From: Pseudomonadota bacterium | GTDB taxonomy: Bacteria; Desulfobacterota; Desulfobacteria; Desulfobacterales; RPRI01 | Assembly (NCBI GenBank): GCA_043825875.1 | Contig: JBDRRF010000005.1 | Span: 34,299 to 98,298, forward strand | Direction of reading: 5' to 3' | Length of the DNA: 64,000 nucleotides | Part shown: one piece after another, positions 9,625-19,622 of the stretch | How the letters are laid out: every line of letters starts with the position of its first letter | Numbering within the stretch: position 1 is the first letter of the stretch | Program-made: the position numbers and the translations under genes | Notes under the pieces: model-generated | What the model was told of the DNA's origin: nothing | The model's database searches: none | Seen by the model: the letters and a program-made list of their open reading frames with translations, nothing else

Positions 9625-10950
9625 ATGGCTTCAATTAATATTGAAACAGTTCGTGAACAGTACCCCGGCATGACAGACGCCCAAGCAGCTTCACATATTG
9701 CTGAAGATGGCGATTTCGTCATCGTGGTTCGTTACAAGACAGAGTCCGAAGGCCCGTATACAAATTTAGGGCTCTGCTCGACCTACGCTGAGGCAGACAA
9801 TTATCTATTCAATGAAAAATTACATGATGTGGATGTAATTTGCGACCGGCGAAACACCTCAATACCAATTCCTAAGATACTTCATAATGCTCATGCCATT
9901 GCAAGAAATATCAAATTTGATAACAATGGCCGTGCTAACGAACCATGCTGTTGGAACTGCCGACACTTTAACATTCCTCTTTCCGGCAATTATTTATGCT
10001 GCATGGACCAAGCAGGCAAGGGCGTTGTGGAAATACAGCGTGGAGATTTGTGCGATTATTGGGTTGCCCGGGATTCCTCTTCACTCTTGAATAACGACGC
10101 TTCAATTCAGAACATTAAACCGGCACCCGAGGAGAGTTCAAACGTTTTTCTTTACGGCGTAATCGGTACGTCGATTATCGGTCTGACTATTTTCGTTATC
10201 GTACGTTATGGAGAGGGATGGGCAAAATCTTTGGAGAGAGTATTTGGTATCGCCGATGGCTTCTGGATCGGGCTTTTCATCTTCTTGGGTATTATATTCG
10301 TGAGCGTTGCACTTCTTTGTATTGCTATCATCGCTTCAAAATTTGAACACGATAGCCGGAAACATCATCAGTACTCCGATGGCGACAGCGGTACTCAGAA
10401 TCTGAAGAATACCTTTAAAAGCAGCAAGATCCAGCGCATGCTGGATTTATTGCAATCAGCAGATGGCAACGCAAGTCTGGCCATTGACAACAGAGCACTA
10501 TTTGGAGAATGCGAAACATGGGAGTCACTTGCCATGCTTTCTCTGGTCTATGAAAAGGTAGCGACATTGCTACATGAGGCAATGGAGTGGGATGCAAGCA
10601 CGGAAACAGCTGCACATAGTTTATGGCGCGCTGCAAATATCGTAGACGGTGTACCGGATCATGAAGAAACTATTTCGATGTGGAGAAAAGTGCCTAAGAA
10701 GTTTGACTCAGTAACAGTAGCAAAAATGATCGCAAAACGCTGGGCGGAGGATGCAAAAGAATTTCTGTCTACCGCAAAGAATTTGCAGGTAACTCCAAAT
10801 GACACAACAGCTGTAGGTGAAGCTCCCAAAAGCAGGGATTTTACAGGCAAGATTCGCAAGTGCGTCAGTTGTGGCGTGGAGATTCCGGAGGGTAGGTTGG
10901 AGTGTCCTTCCTGTGGCTCTAGTTATATTATCTGGGAATCTATAGAATAG
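9625..10950 (+). CDS. Hypothetical membrane protein with Cys-rich region, two TM helices and C-terminal zinc ribbon
   Basis: 441-aa ORF; CCWNCRHF...CCMD...CDYW cluster; two hydrophobic segments; CVSC...CPSC at C-terminus. Confidence 0.75.
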   Translation: MASINIETVREQYPGMTDAQAASHIAEDGDFVIVVRYKTESEGPYTNLGLCSTYAEADNYLFNEKLHDVDVICDRRNTSIPIPKILHNAHAIARNIKFDNNGRANEPCCWNCRHFNIPLSGNYLCCMDQAGKGVVEIQRGDLCDYWVARDSSSLLNNDASIQNIKPAPEESSNVFLYGVIGTSIIGLTIFVIVRYGEGWAKSLERVFGIADGFWIGLFIFLGIIFVSVALLCIAIIASKFEHDSRKHHQYSDGDSGTQNLKNTFKSSKIQRMLDLLQSADGNASLAIDNRALFGECETWESLAMLSLVYEKVATLLHEAMEWDASTETAAHSLWRAANIVDGVPDHEETISMWRKVPKKFDSVTVAKMIAKRWAEDAKEFLSTAKNLQVTPNDTTAVGEAPKSRDFTGKIRKCVSCGVEIPEGRLECPSCGSSYIIWESIE

Positions 10951-11026
10951 CGGATCAATGGATACGCTGTAAGGTGACCCCCATTTTCTCCCAGATATAC
11001 TATTTTGTCTTTATCCAGAAAATATT

Positions 11027-13063
11027 CTACTTATCTTTATTTTCATCTTCTTTCATTTGTTTATACCAGGATTCTTTGCCATAGAGTATGTCCATACATT
11101 CCGGACAGAGGCCATGGCTGAACAATGCATCAGAATGATGCTCAATATAAGTTTCTATCTGGTTCCAATAACCTTTATCATCACGTATTTTTTTGCATTG
11201 GGCACAGATCGGCAGAAGCCCATTAAGAGTTTTGATGTTTTCAAGAGCTTCCTGGAGTTCATTGATTAGTTTTTTACGATCGTTTTCCATTTTTTTCTTT
11301 TTTGTTATATTTGACATTAATGTAGCAAATTGTCCCTCTTGAGGGCTGTATGCCACCACATCATAATATCTGTCTATTTCTTTAACATGAGTTTCAAAAT
11401 GAACAGGTTCCCCGGTAAGGGCAACTTTCCCGTAAGTATCAAACCAGTATGATTCTGTTTGAGGGAATGCTTCAAGCACTGTATTACCTATAAGTTTATT
11501 AGCCTCAATTCCTATGATCTTTTCAAAAGCTTTATTGACTTCCAGAAATCTACAGTTGTATGGCTTACCGTCTTCATCATATATTATTTCATGCAAAGCA
11601 AATCCAACTGTCATCTTTTCTATCAATGTGCGGTAGCGCTTTTCACTATCTGTTAATGCTTTTTCAACTTGCTTTCGCTCTGTGATGTCTTCGGAAATAC
11701 CTTCGATGAATTGAATAGCACCATTGCTGTCCCTGATTATATGAGGAGTATCCAATATTGTGTGTTGTGTGCCATCAGGATGAAGAAAAGACAATTCAAT
11801 ACCCTTAACTTCATGTCCGGAAAGCAAATCAGCAAACTTCTTCCTGCCAAGCTCATACTCTTCCGGATTCCAGTTAATTATATTGTCAAAAATATTTTTT
11901 CCAATAGCTTTTTCAGGAGAAATTCCGAATATCGATTTTATTCCGGGACTCGCATACATCAAAGTTCCGTCCAGCGTAAAACTATAAATCATAAATTGGC
12001 TGCTTAACTCTTCTACCAGTCTCTGATATTTATCCTTAGAGCTTTGCAGAGCCTCTTCCGCCAGTTTGCGTTTATTGATTTCTTCTTCCGCTTCTTTAAT
12101 CTTTTGTTCAAGTTGTTCATTAAGCTGTTTTAAATCTTTGGTTCGTTGTTCTACAAGGTTCTCCAGATGATCGCGATCCTTGCGTAATTTCGAAGACATT
12201 TCGTTAAATGAACTAACAAGTTCAAAAAACTCTTTACCTTCAGGGTATTCAATATGCTCTCCCAAATGTTCGGGATTGCTGACTATTTTAACAGACTTTT
12301 CCCTTATATAATTAAGGGGTGCAAATATGAAACTTTTGGTCAGATAGGTTATTGAGCCGAAAAGAGCTGCCAATATTAAGAGCAGTATTGCTGAAAGATG
12401 AAATGAAAGTTTGTTGATCTGGGCAAATACATCTTCAACAGGTATTCGAATGGAGATGGCGGAAACAACTTCATCAACAGAACGGTTAAAACTTCTGGAA
12501 GCCCCGTATTGTTTCACCATATCGATTGGCGCTGTATCAGGATTGCTGTGGCATCTCAAGCAGCTTTCTTCCATTACCTCACCACGCTTAAGTACAACCA
12601 GAAATCTTTTACTCTCAAATTCCCGTATTGTCTTTGATTCCTTGATGTCCGGATTATTATTGAGTTTTTTTATGAAAGATTTTTCAAATGCATCTGCTTC
12701 ATTTTCAGGGCTTCTTGCATTAATAGCACATTCTTTGTAGTAATATTTTCTATCGGTTATTGATTTGAAATATTTATCTATTTCGCGGACTGCATATGTT
12801 GATGACATCCAGATCGGATCAAAATAATCCGTCATTTTCATTGGACCAAGTTTTTTAAAAAGGACCGGTTTTAGTTGGTGTGAAAAGTAAGTGTGGATTG
12901 AAAGGTTCCGGTTAAGTGTTATCATTGCTTCTTCTTTGGCACTATTAACAGCATATATTTTCATTTGCCAGTTTATAATGGCAATCAATGCAAAAGCAGA
13001 ACAAAAAACCAGAAAAGCAATTGATAAAAACAAACGAGTGTTGATTTTATAAGGAGTTTTCAT
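11027..13063 (-). CDS. Membrane sensor: periplasmic c-heme (DUF3365/Tll0287-like) domain, HAMP, two PAS domains, C-terminal Cys-rich domain
   Basis: INARSPENEADAFE and CLRCH heme motif; two TM segments; PAS ends DITERK; C-terminal LLPICAQCKKIRDDKGYW...FSHGLCPEC. Confidence 0.88.
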   Translation of the reverse strand: MKTPYKINTRLFLSIAFLVFCSAFALIAIINWQMKIYAVNSAKEEAMITLNRNLSIHTYFSHQLKPVLFKKLGPMKMTDYFDPIWMSSTYAVREIDKYFKSITDRKYYYKECAINARSPENEADAFEKSFIKKLNNNPDIKESKTIREFESKRFLVVLKRGEVMEESCLRCHSNPDTAPIDMVKQYGASRSFNRSVDEVVSAISIRIPVEDVFAQINKLSFHLSAILLLILAALFGSITYLTKSFIFAPLNYIREKSVKIVSNPEHLGEHIEYPEGKEFFELVSSFNEMSSKLRKDRDHLENLVEQRTKDLKQLNEQLEQKIKEAEEEINKRKLAEEALQSSKDKYQRLVEELSSQFMIYSFTLDGTLMYASPGIKSIFGISPEKAIGKNIFDNIINWNPEEYELGRKKFADLLSGHEVKGIELSFLHPDGTQHTILDTPHIIRDSNGAIQFIEGISEDITERKQVEKALTDSEKRYRTLIEKMTVGFALHEIIYDEDGKPYNCRFLEVNKAFEKIIGIEANKLIGNTVLEAFPQTESYWFDTYGKVALTGEPVHFETHVKEIDRYYDVVAYSPQEGQFATLMSNITKKKKMENDRKKLINELQEALENIKTLNGLLPICAQCKKIRDDKGYWNQIETYIEHHSDALFSHGLCPECMDILYGKESWYKQMKEDENKDK

Positions 13064-13352
13064 GTTTGTTCCCCTTGTTTTCTAATTACTATATTGATTG
13101 AAATAGCTTTTAAAAGTGGCCTCCGGAAGTGATTATTTGAGAATCAAGTTTTTACTTTTTACCTGATGATATGTAACTCATATTTTATAGTGGATTTATT
13201 ATAAACAGAAAGCCGGCAGGATGCAAGCAATTGACTTATACCATTGTGTTTTTGATTATCCAAAAAACATTTGAAATGATCAATGCCTGTTCAAAATTCT
13301 ATAATACGATTCAAAATACCCATTAAATTAATCAGCAAATTATGCTCTTAGA

Positions 13353-13556
13353 CAAATTGAGAGAACAGTTCTATTGCTGCACTTTGGGGTAATGTGCATT
13401 TTGCTTTCGGCGGTTCTCTCATGCGGCGAATTCTTCATCTGATTGTTACGTTTATCCGGCATCCCAGCTATTAGCGGACCGCCACATCATTACTTATCCG
13501 GATAAAAAAAATCAGAGAAAAGTCCTTTAATTGTTCCCCCGGAGTTGTTTAACTTC
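13353..13556. repeat. Direct repeat copy 1 flanking the TA module (copy 2 at 14372-14520)
   Basis: Shared blocks CAAATTGAG, GGCGGTTCTCTCATGCGGCGAA, CCCGGAGTTGTTTA; copy 1 has ~55 extra bp in the middle. Confidence 0.85.
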
Positions 13557-13575
13557 TGCATAAAAACGATAATCC

Positions 13576-13609
13576 TTGACCGTGATTCAATGGTATGATA
13601 TATAATACC
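13576..13609 (+). promoter_or_regulatory. Sigma70-type promoter with overlapping palindromic operator; likely leaderless transcript
   Basis: TTGACC at 13576, TATAAT at 13601-13606 ending 5 nt before the ATG, no SD; near-palindrome GGTATGATATATAATACC (13592-13609). Confidence 0.55.
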
Positions 13610-13611
13610 GT

Positions 13612-14031
13612 ATGAAAATCGTTATAGATACAAATGTACTATTTACAGCTTTAAAATCCCAGCTTGGTGCTTCGTATAAATTAGTTTCTCTTATACCAAG
13701 CAAGAAATATTCAATTGTAATATCAGTGCCTTTGATTATTGAATATGAAGATGTTCTGAGGCGGGGAAAGCTCCCAAATTCTATTACTGAAAAAGACATC
13801 ACAGATTTTATCGATTTTTTATGTTATGTCGGAGAACATCAAGAAATTTTCTTCCTCTGGCGACCTTTCTTGCCTGATTCCTCCGATGACCTTGTTCTAG
13901 AAGTTGCAGTTGCAAGCAGTTGCGATGCGATTATAACATACAATAAACGTCATTTTAAAAACGTAGAAAAATTTGGTTTAAGAATTCTTGATCCAAGAGA
14001 ATTTCTTACCGAGATAGGAGTGATATCATGA
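13612..14031 (+). CDS. PIN-domain toxin (putative TA system toxin component)
   Basis: IVIDTNV, EYEDVL, WRPFLPDxxDDLVLEVAV, IITYNKRHF. Confidence 0.92.
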   Translation: MKIVIDTNVLFTALKSQLGASYKLVSLIPSKKYSIVISVPLIIEYEDVLRRGKLPNSITEKDITDFIDFLCYVGEHQEIFFLWRPFLPDSSDDLVLEVAVASSCDAIITYNKRHFKNVEKFGLRILDPREFLTEIGVIS

Positions 14032-14264
14032 GTACCTTAAGTTTGCGTATTCCAAATTCTCTGCATGAACAGATAAGGCAATTAGCTAAGCAAGAAGGAA
14101 TTTCAATTAATCAATTTTTAGCGTCTGCTGCCGCTGAAAAAATGTCCGCACTATTGACTGAAGAATATATCCAAGCAAGGGCAAAAAAAGCGAGTTTGAA
14201 AAAATTCCAAAATGTACTCAAAAAGGTACCTAATTCGAAACCAGAAAATTATGACCTGATATAG
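14028..14264 (+). CDS. Ribbon-helix-helix antitoxin (HicB-like/YlcI-YnfO type)
   Basis: LSLRIPNSLHEQIRQLAKQEGISINQF; ATGA overlap with the PIN toxin gene. Confidence 0.88.
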   Translation: MSTLSLRIPNSLHEQIRQLAKQEGISINQFLASAAAEKMSALLTEEYIQARAKKASLKKFQNVLKKVPNSKPENYDLI

Positions 14265-14371
14265 GCAGTAAATGATACAGGGGAATGTTCTCGGGACATG
14301 CTATACTCCTTATATCAATCAAAAACATGAAAGATTTAAATATAATGTAATAAGATGATTACATTATATAC

Positions 14372-14520
14372 CAAATTGAGGGTGCATTTCCAGTACTACA
14401 CACCTGCGGTAATATGCATTATACTTCCGGCGGTTCTCTCATGCGGCGAACTCTTCATCATCCAGATTAAAAAATTCAGAGAGAAGCCCTTAAATTGTCA
14501 CTCCCGGAGTTGTTTAGCTC
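14372..14520. repeat. Direct repeat copy 2 flanking the TA module
   Basis: Aligns to 13353-13556. Confidence 0.85.
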
Positions 14521-14901
14521 CAACAAGCATGTCAAGAATTTTTACACCTTTGGAATTGTACTATAATGCTGTTTATACAAGAGATTCGGCATAATCAATC
14601 CCTTTGTGCCGGAATAAGTGTCGGGATTTTTTGCAATCATAAATTATTTTAAAGATCCTTGCCCTGTAATGCGGTGATGTATGATGAGGGTTACCTCTAA
14701 ATATTATGAGTATTATAAATATGTTGTTAACGTTCCTTAAAAGGAGTGCGCATGAAATGCAATATTGCATGGTTATTGCTTTATATTTTTAATTAATTTA
14801 ATTAAGGTAGCAAACCTGTAGAAAATATGGTTACTGGGTAATAAAAACATTTGATAACGCGGACGCTTCGCGTAGCGCGATAGATATAAAGAGGTATCAA
14901 A

Positions 14902-15918
14902 TTGGAAAAAAACGCTAAAATGTTCTGGACAGGATTATCACCCGATGAAGCAAGGGAAGCTCTTGTCAATAAAGACAAATCTATGAAGGACAAACGGATG
15001 ACGCTGAAAGAGGCGGTGTCCATGTTTGTAAAGGCCGGGGATAATGTTGGTATCGGCGGTTTCGTTAATGTCCGTCAGCCAATTGCTATAATCCATGAAA
15101 TTATTCGTCAGGGATTCAAAGACCTTATTCTTTCTTTCCATTCAGCAGGTATGGCTCCGGAGCTTCTTGCCGGCGCAATGATAGTAAGGCCTGATCATTG
15201 TTCTATCAAACGAATTGAACTGGCGTATTGGGGCCATGAAGGCTACGGTCTGTCACCTGCCTGGCGTTATGTAGCCGAGCGTGGCTTGGTAGAATTCGAA
15301 GACTGGAGCAACTACAATATGTCAGCCCGATTCAAGGCCGGTGCTATGGGCCTGCCTTTTATTCCGACCCGCGGTCCGCTTGGTGGCAATGTCCGCAACA
15401 CCAGTCGCACCAAGGTCATTGATTGTCCTTTTACCGGACGTCCTATTGCTTTGCTGCCGGCCAGCAATCCTAATGTGGGCCTTATTCATGTTCAGGCAGC
15501 CGACATGTATGGCAACTGCATTATCCGTGGAACAGACGCCACATGTGCAGAAATCGCTATGGCTTCGGCTCACACCATCGTTACCTGCGAACAGCTCGTT
15601 TCCCATGAACTACTCGTTACCAACCCGAAGGACATCATGATTCCTTTCCCAGCTGTTGATGCGGTTGTCAAAGTGCCTTTTGGCGCTTACCCGGGAGCAT
15701 GCCGTCGTCACTATTATTTCAATGGTGACCACATCCTTGAATTCTTAGGTCTTATTGCCCCGATATGCAAGGGTGGAACAACTGACGATTTGAAGGCCTG
15801 GTATGATGAGTATATCTTTGGCGTTGAAAATTTTGAGGACTATATTGATAAATTCCAGACCAAGAAGCTGTTTGCTGATCAGGCAGCAGAGTCTTACAAC
15901 TGCGAGCGATTGGCCTGA
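14902..15918 (+). CDS. Family I CoA-transferase subunit A (glutaconate CoA-transferase GctA-like)
   Basis: DKRMTLKEAV, IIHEIIRQG, RFKAGAMGLPF, CPFTG, IHVQAADMYGN, VPFGAYP; TTG start. Confidence 0.88.
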   Translation: MEKNAKMFWTGLSPDEAREALVNKDKSMKDKRMTLKEAVSMFVKAGDNVGIGGFVNVRQPIAIIHEIIRQGFKDLILSFHSAGMAPELLAGAMIVRPDHCSIKRIELAYWGHEGYGLSPAWRYVAERGLVEFEDWSNYNMSARFKAGAMGLPFIPTRGPLGGNVRNTSRTKVIDCPFTGRPIALLPASNPNVGLIHVQAADMYGNCIIRGTDATCAEIAMASAHTIVTCEQLVSHELLVTNPKDIMIPFPAVDAVVKVPFGAYPGACRRHYYFNGDHILEFLGLIAPICKGGTTDDLKAWYDEYIFGVENFEDYIDKFQTKKLFADQAAESYNCERLA

Positions 15919-15956
15919 TTATCAGATACAGTAATTTCTATTGAAAAGGAGTTATC

Positions 15957-16754
15957 ATGACAATATCAACAGATTATACCGCCCAGGAAATTATTGTTGT
16001 GGCGGGAGCAAAAGTTCTGGAAAATAATAGAATAGTATTTGTGGGGACCGGCCTGCCCATGGTTGCCACTCTTTTGGCAATCCACACCCACGCCCCCGGC
16101 CTGATCCCGGTCTTTGAGGCCGGCGCCGTTGGTCCTCCTCTCCGGCACGGTCTGCCTATATCTGTCGGCGATTCAAAGACCTTCACCGGAGCATCTTACG
16201 TGAAAGGATTAAACGGCGCTTTTGAGCTGACCCAGCGCGGCTTTGCCGATTTCGGCTTTATCGGTGGCGCTGAGGTTGATATGTACGGCAATCTTAATTC
16301 TACCATGATTGGTGATTATCCTGACGGGTATCAGAAACCGAAAGTCCGGCTTCCGGGCAGCGGCGGTGCCAGTGATATGGCCGCTTCCTGTGATCGAACC
16401 ATTCTCATTGTTCCTCATGATAAGAAGAAATTCAATGAGAAGCTGTCGTACATTACCAGCCCCGGCCATTTAGATGGCAGCCCCAATGCACGCTATAACG
16501 CAGGTATGCAGGGCAAGGGCCCATATCGTCTCATCAGCACCAAAGGTATTTTCGATTTTGAAGAAAAAACCAAAAGAATGCGTCTTATACAGATATTTCC
16601 CGGTGAAACGGTAGAAAGTATTCAGGCGGCAACCGGTTTTGAACTGCTGGTTGCAGATAATGTCACCCAGTTTCCTGCACCGACAAAAGAAGAAGTACGA
16701 ATGATCCGTGAACAAGTCGATCCACTCGGAATTTTCGTCAAACACGCTGCTTAA
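15957..16754 (+). CDS. Family I CoA-transferase subunit B (GctB-like)
   Basis: FVGTGLP, catalytic-type Glu in VFEAG, GFIGGAEVDMYGNLNST, RLPGSGGA, TSPG. Confidence 0.9.
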   Translation: MTISTDYTAQEIIVVAGAKVLENNRIVFVGTGLPMVATLLAIHTHAPGLIPVFEAGAVGPPLRHGLPISVGDSKTFTGASYVKGLNGAFELTQRGFADFGFIGGAEVDMYGNLNSTMIGDYPDGYQKPKVRLPGSGGASDMAASCDRTILIVPHDKKKFNEKLSYITSPGHLDGSPNARYNAGMQGKGPYRLISTKGIFDFEEKTKRMRLIQIFPGETVESIQAATGFELLVADNVTQFPAPTKEEVRMIREQVDPLGIFVKHAA

Positions 16755-16792
16755 AACATTTATTAAAACCATATAACACATGGAGATACGGC

Positions 16793-18352
16793 TTGCGCGC
16801 AAAACCCGGATTTTGCTCTGTGCTTTTGATCAATCCTCCTGTCGTAAGACCCTGCGAACCACCTGCAGGGATTGCGAAGCTTTTGGGGATGCTGGAAAAG
16901 CATAATGTTCGTTGCCGGGTATTGGATGCCAATCTCGAAGGCCTGATGAATCTTCTGCAAAGTCCCGTCAAGGCCAACGACACTTGGACCAGGCGGGCAT
17001 CGCGACATCTGGATTCAAATATTTCCGCGTTTCTTCATACTGATCTCTACAAAGATATTGACCGCTACACACGGGCAGTAAACGATATAGACCGCATTCT
17101 CGACCAGGTTGCACTTTCTCATGGCGTCCATTTGGGGCTTGCAAATTATCAGGATATCACCCTTTCACCTCTTAGAAGTTTCGATCTCGTACGGGCATCG
17201 GAGCAACCGGAAACGAGTCCCTTTTACTCTTATTTTATAACGCGACTGTCGAATATCTTCGAAGATGAAGAGCCTTCCATTGTTGGAATCTCATTGAACT
17301 ATCTAAGTCAGGCCATACCGACCTTTTCCATGATTGGTCTCATAAGAAAACTTTGCCCTGACGCAAGACTGGTTCTTGGCGGAGGCCTTGTAACATCATG
17401 GCTCAGCAACCCAGGCTGGAACAATCCATTTGATGGTCTTGTTGATGATATGGTGGCAGGGCCGGGCGAAAAGCCCCTCCTTGACATTCTCAAATTGTCT
17501 CCTTTGGATGATCATGCATCACCGGATTACAGTCCTTTTTATGAAAAGCCTTACCTGTCTCCGGGTTTTGTTCTCCCTTACAGCGCGTCAAGTGGCTGCT
17601 ACTGGAGCCGATGCACATTCTGCCCGGAAAAGGCCGAGGGTGGTTCCTATTCTCCCCTTCCGGTGAATGAATCGATCTTAGACATAAAAGGGCTTATCAA
17701 AGACAAAAAACCCCGTCTCATACATTTTCTCGATAACGCGATAAGTCCGGCGTTCCTTACCGCAATAGCCGACAAACCCTTCGGTATCCCCTGGTACGGA
17801 TTTGTTCGCATAACCCGTCAACTGACAGATCTTGACTTCTGTAGAAGCCTGAAACGTTCCGGATGCGTTATGCTTAAGATAGGCCTTGAATCGGGGGACC
17901 AGGGTGTTCTTGATGCACTTGATAAGGGGATTAATCTGAAAGAGGCATCCATGGCATTGAAAAATCTTAGAGATGCCGGTATAGGCACTTACATATATCT
18001 GCTCTTCGGGACACCGTCCGAAACGTACAGAGAGGCAAAAAGCACCCTCGATTATGTTATTAAACATCAAGAGTATATCGACTATCTTAACCTTGCAATA
18101 TTCAACATGCCTGCCTATGGTCCGGATGCGGCAGGTATGGATACTAAGGATTTTTATTCGGGTGATTTGACCCTCTACAGTCAATTCAGGCACCCCGGAG
18201 GTTGGGAAAGAAAGGATGTCAGAAAGTTTCTGGATCGCGAGTTTAAAAGAAATCACAAGATCCAGGCAATCTTGCGAAGAGATCCTCCTGTGTTCACATC
18301 GAACCATGCCCCGTTCTTTGTCATGTCTAAAGGGGAAAAAAGGGGATTGTAA
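16793..18352 (+). CDS. B12-binding radical SAM protein
   Basis: LLINPP N-terminus, VLGGG, CYWSRCTFC (CxxxCxxC), IGLESG, LLFGTPSET; start codon uncertain. Confidence 0.88.
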   Translation: MRAKPGFCSVLLINPPVVRPCEPPAGIAKLLGMLEKHNVRCRVLDANLEGLMNLLQSPVKANDTWTRRASRHLDSNISAFLHTDLYKDIDRYTRAVNDIDRILDQVALSHGVHLGLANYQDITLSPLRSFDLVRASEQPETSPFYSYFITRLSNIFEDEEPSIVGISLNYLSQAIPTFSMIGLIRKLCPDARLVLGGGLVTSWLSNPGWNNPFDGLVDDMVAGPGEKPLLDILKLSPLDDHASPDYSPFYEKPYLSPGFVLPYSASSGCYWSRCTFCPEKAEGGSYSPLPVNESILDIKGLIKDKKPRLIHFLDNAISPAFLTAIADKPFGIPWYGFVRITRQLTDLDFCRSLKRSGCVMLKIGLESGDQGVLDALDKGINLKEASMALKNLRDAGIGTYIYLLFGTPSETYREAKSTLDYVIKHQEYIDYLNLAIFNMPAYGPDAAGMDTKDFYSGDLTLYSQFRHPGGWERKDVRKFLDREFKRNHKIQAILRRDPPVFTSNHAPFFVMSKGEKRGL

Positions 18353-18762
18353 GGTTTTGGCTTATTGAATGATAATCTTGATAGAGTTGAAAGAAACTTA
18401 AAAACCTTACAGTGTTCCTATTGTCTCTTGGCTAGTAATGGTTAGGCGTAGTAATATTTTAGACATAATTGACAAATTGCATAAAACTTAATAAACGGTT
18501 GAGATCTTATTGGTATATAAAATACAATTGACTATTTTCAACTTTATGGCTTTTGTATTCAAAGCTTAAAAAGCATATCTTATATCTTTATGCATTTAGT
18601 TTCTTACCAATATTATTAAAGGATATTTAGGATATGAAATGAGTAAAGATAATTAATAAAGGGCCCCCTTTTTATAATGCTATGACAAAGCCGTGTAACG
18701 GATAGCTACTTGCAGAGTCGGGAATTACACCAAAAATCAGAAAGAAATGGAGAACAAGGAAA

Positions 18763-19113
18763 ATGTTGAAGCCATGTTGTTTTATAATACTACTGATGGG
18801 ATTTATTATAGGATGTGGACACACTCAGTCCCATAATGTTGGGCTAATTTCGTTTGGTGATTTGGAAGGTAAAATAATCCCTGAGGATATTGATGGAGAA
18901 ATTCTTGAAGGAAAAGATTGTGCCAGAATAGGTTATAGGCCCTCATGTTATTTATCTAATGCGGTACGCGATGCTTTAAAGCAACGAAATTATGATACGT
19001 TAATCGATGTTGAAGTTACCAACAGAACCGGATTCTTCGTTCCCTCTAATTGTATACAAGTAAAAGGTAAAGCAATAAATAGCCAATTACTACCAACCTC
19101 AGGAGTTAATTAA
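18763..19113 (+). CDS. Hypothetical lipoprotein
   Basis: Signal peptide with lipobox-like IIGC; LEGKDC...AVRDAL...DTLIDVEV...CIQVKGKA. Confidence 0.7.
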   Translation: MLKPCCFIILLMGFIIGCGHTQSHNVGLISFGDLEGKIIPEDIDGEILEGKDCARIGYRPSCYLSNAVRDALKQRNYDTLIDVEVTNRTGFFVPSNCIQVKGKAINSQLLPTSGVN

Positions 19114-19466
19114 TGAAAAAAAATATAAAAAACTTAACTTGTATATTTTTTGTGTTATTTATTTGTAGTTGCACAACACCACATCCTCCTAAGCTCACTT
19201 ATCTGGCGTTAGAAAAACCTAAAGAAATTATAAAAACCGAACAGATGAAGAACTTGAATAAAGAGTTCTCGCGAGGCGGCTTTTATTTCGCTAATTATAA
19301 CTTTCGCCCCGCTGCGGACATAAAAAAATTTATAGAACAAGCTGAAAAAGAATCAAATACCAACATATTAAGAAATGCTGATATTCAGCTTAATATCCCA
19401 TTTTATTTTGATCTTTTGATCTTCGGTTATAATTATGGAACTGATTATTTGATAACTACGGAATAA
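19113..19466 (+). CDS. Hypothetical lipoprotein
   Basis: MKK signal peptide with ICSC lipobox; TAATG overlap with upstream gene. Confidence 0.7.
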   Translation: MKKNIKNLTCIFFVLFICSCTTPHPPKLTYLALEKPKEIIKTEQMKNLNKEFSRGGFYFANYNFRPAADIKKFIEQAEKESNTNILRNADIQLNIPFYFDLLIFGYNYGTDYLITTE

Positions 19467-19622
19467 ATAGCTAAAGAAAAAAGACAGCCATGTTTTATAA
19501 AGACCGGGGCCCTTTATAATTTACTGCTAAGAACCAGCAACGTTTCCATCTCTACGACCATGAGACGGGTTTTGACCGGATAAGTGCTTTGTTCCGCAAG
19601 CATTGATAGGCGGACCTCCCTG

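Noticed and set aside
13419..14445. Conserved TGA in both TA-flanking repeats as selenocysteine
   Set aside because: No intact ORF around it; other stops and frameshifts are present; a shared ancestral stop explains it.
14355..14594. 79-aa ORF
   Set aside because: Overlaps the non-coding direct repeat; no recognisable motif.
14902..18352. CoA-transferase plus B12 radical SAM as a dedicated pathway
   Set aside because: Adjacent and co-oriented, but nothing else in the sequence links them (no precursor peptide or further pathway genes).
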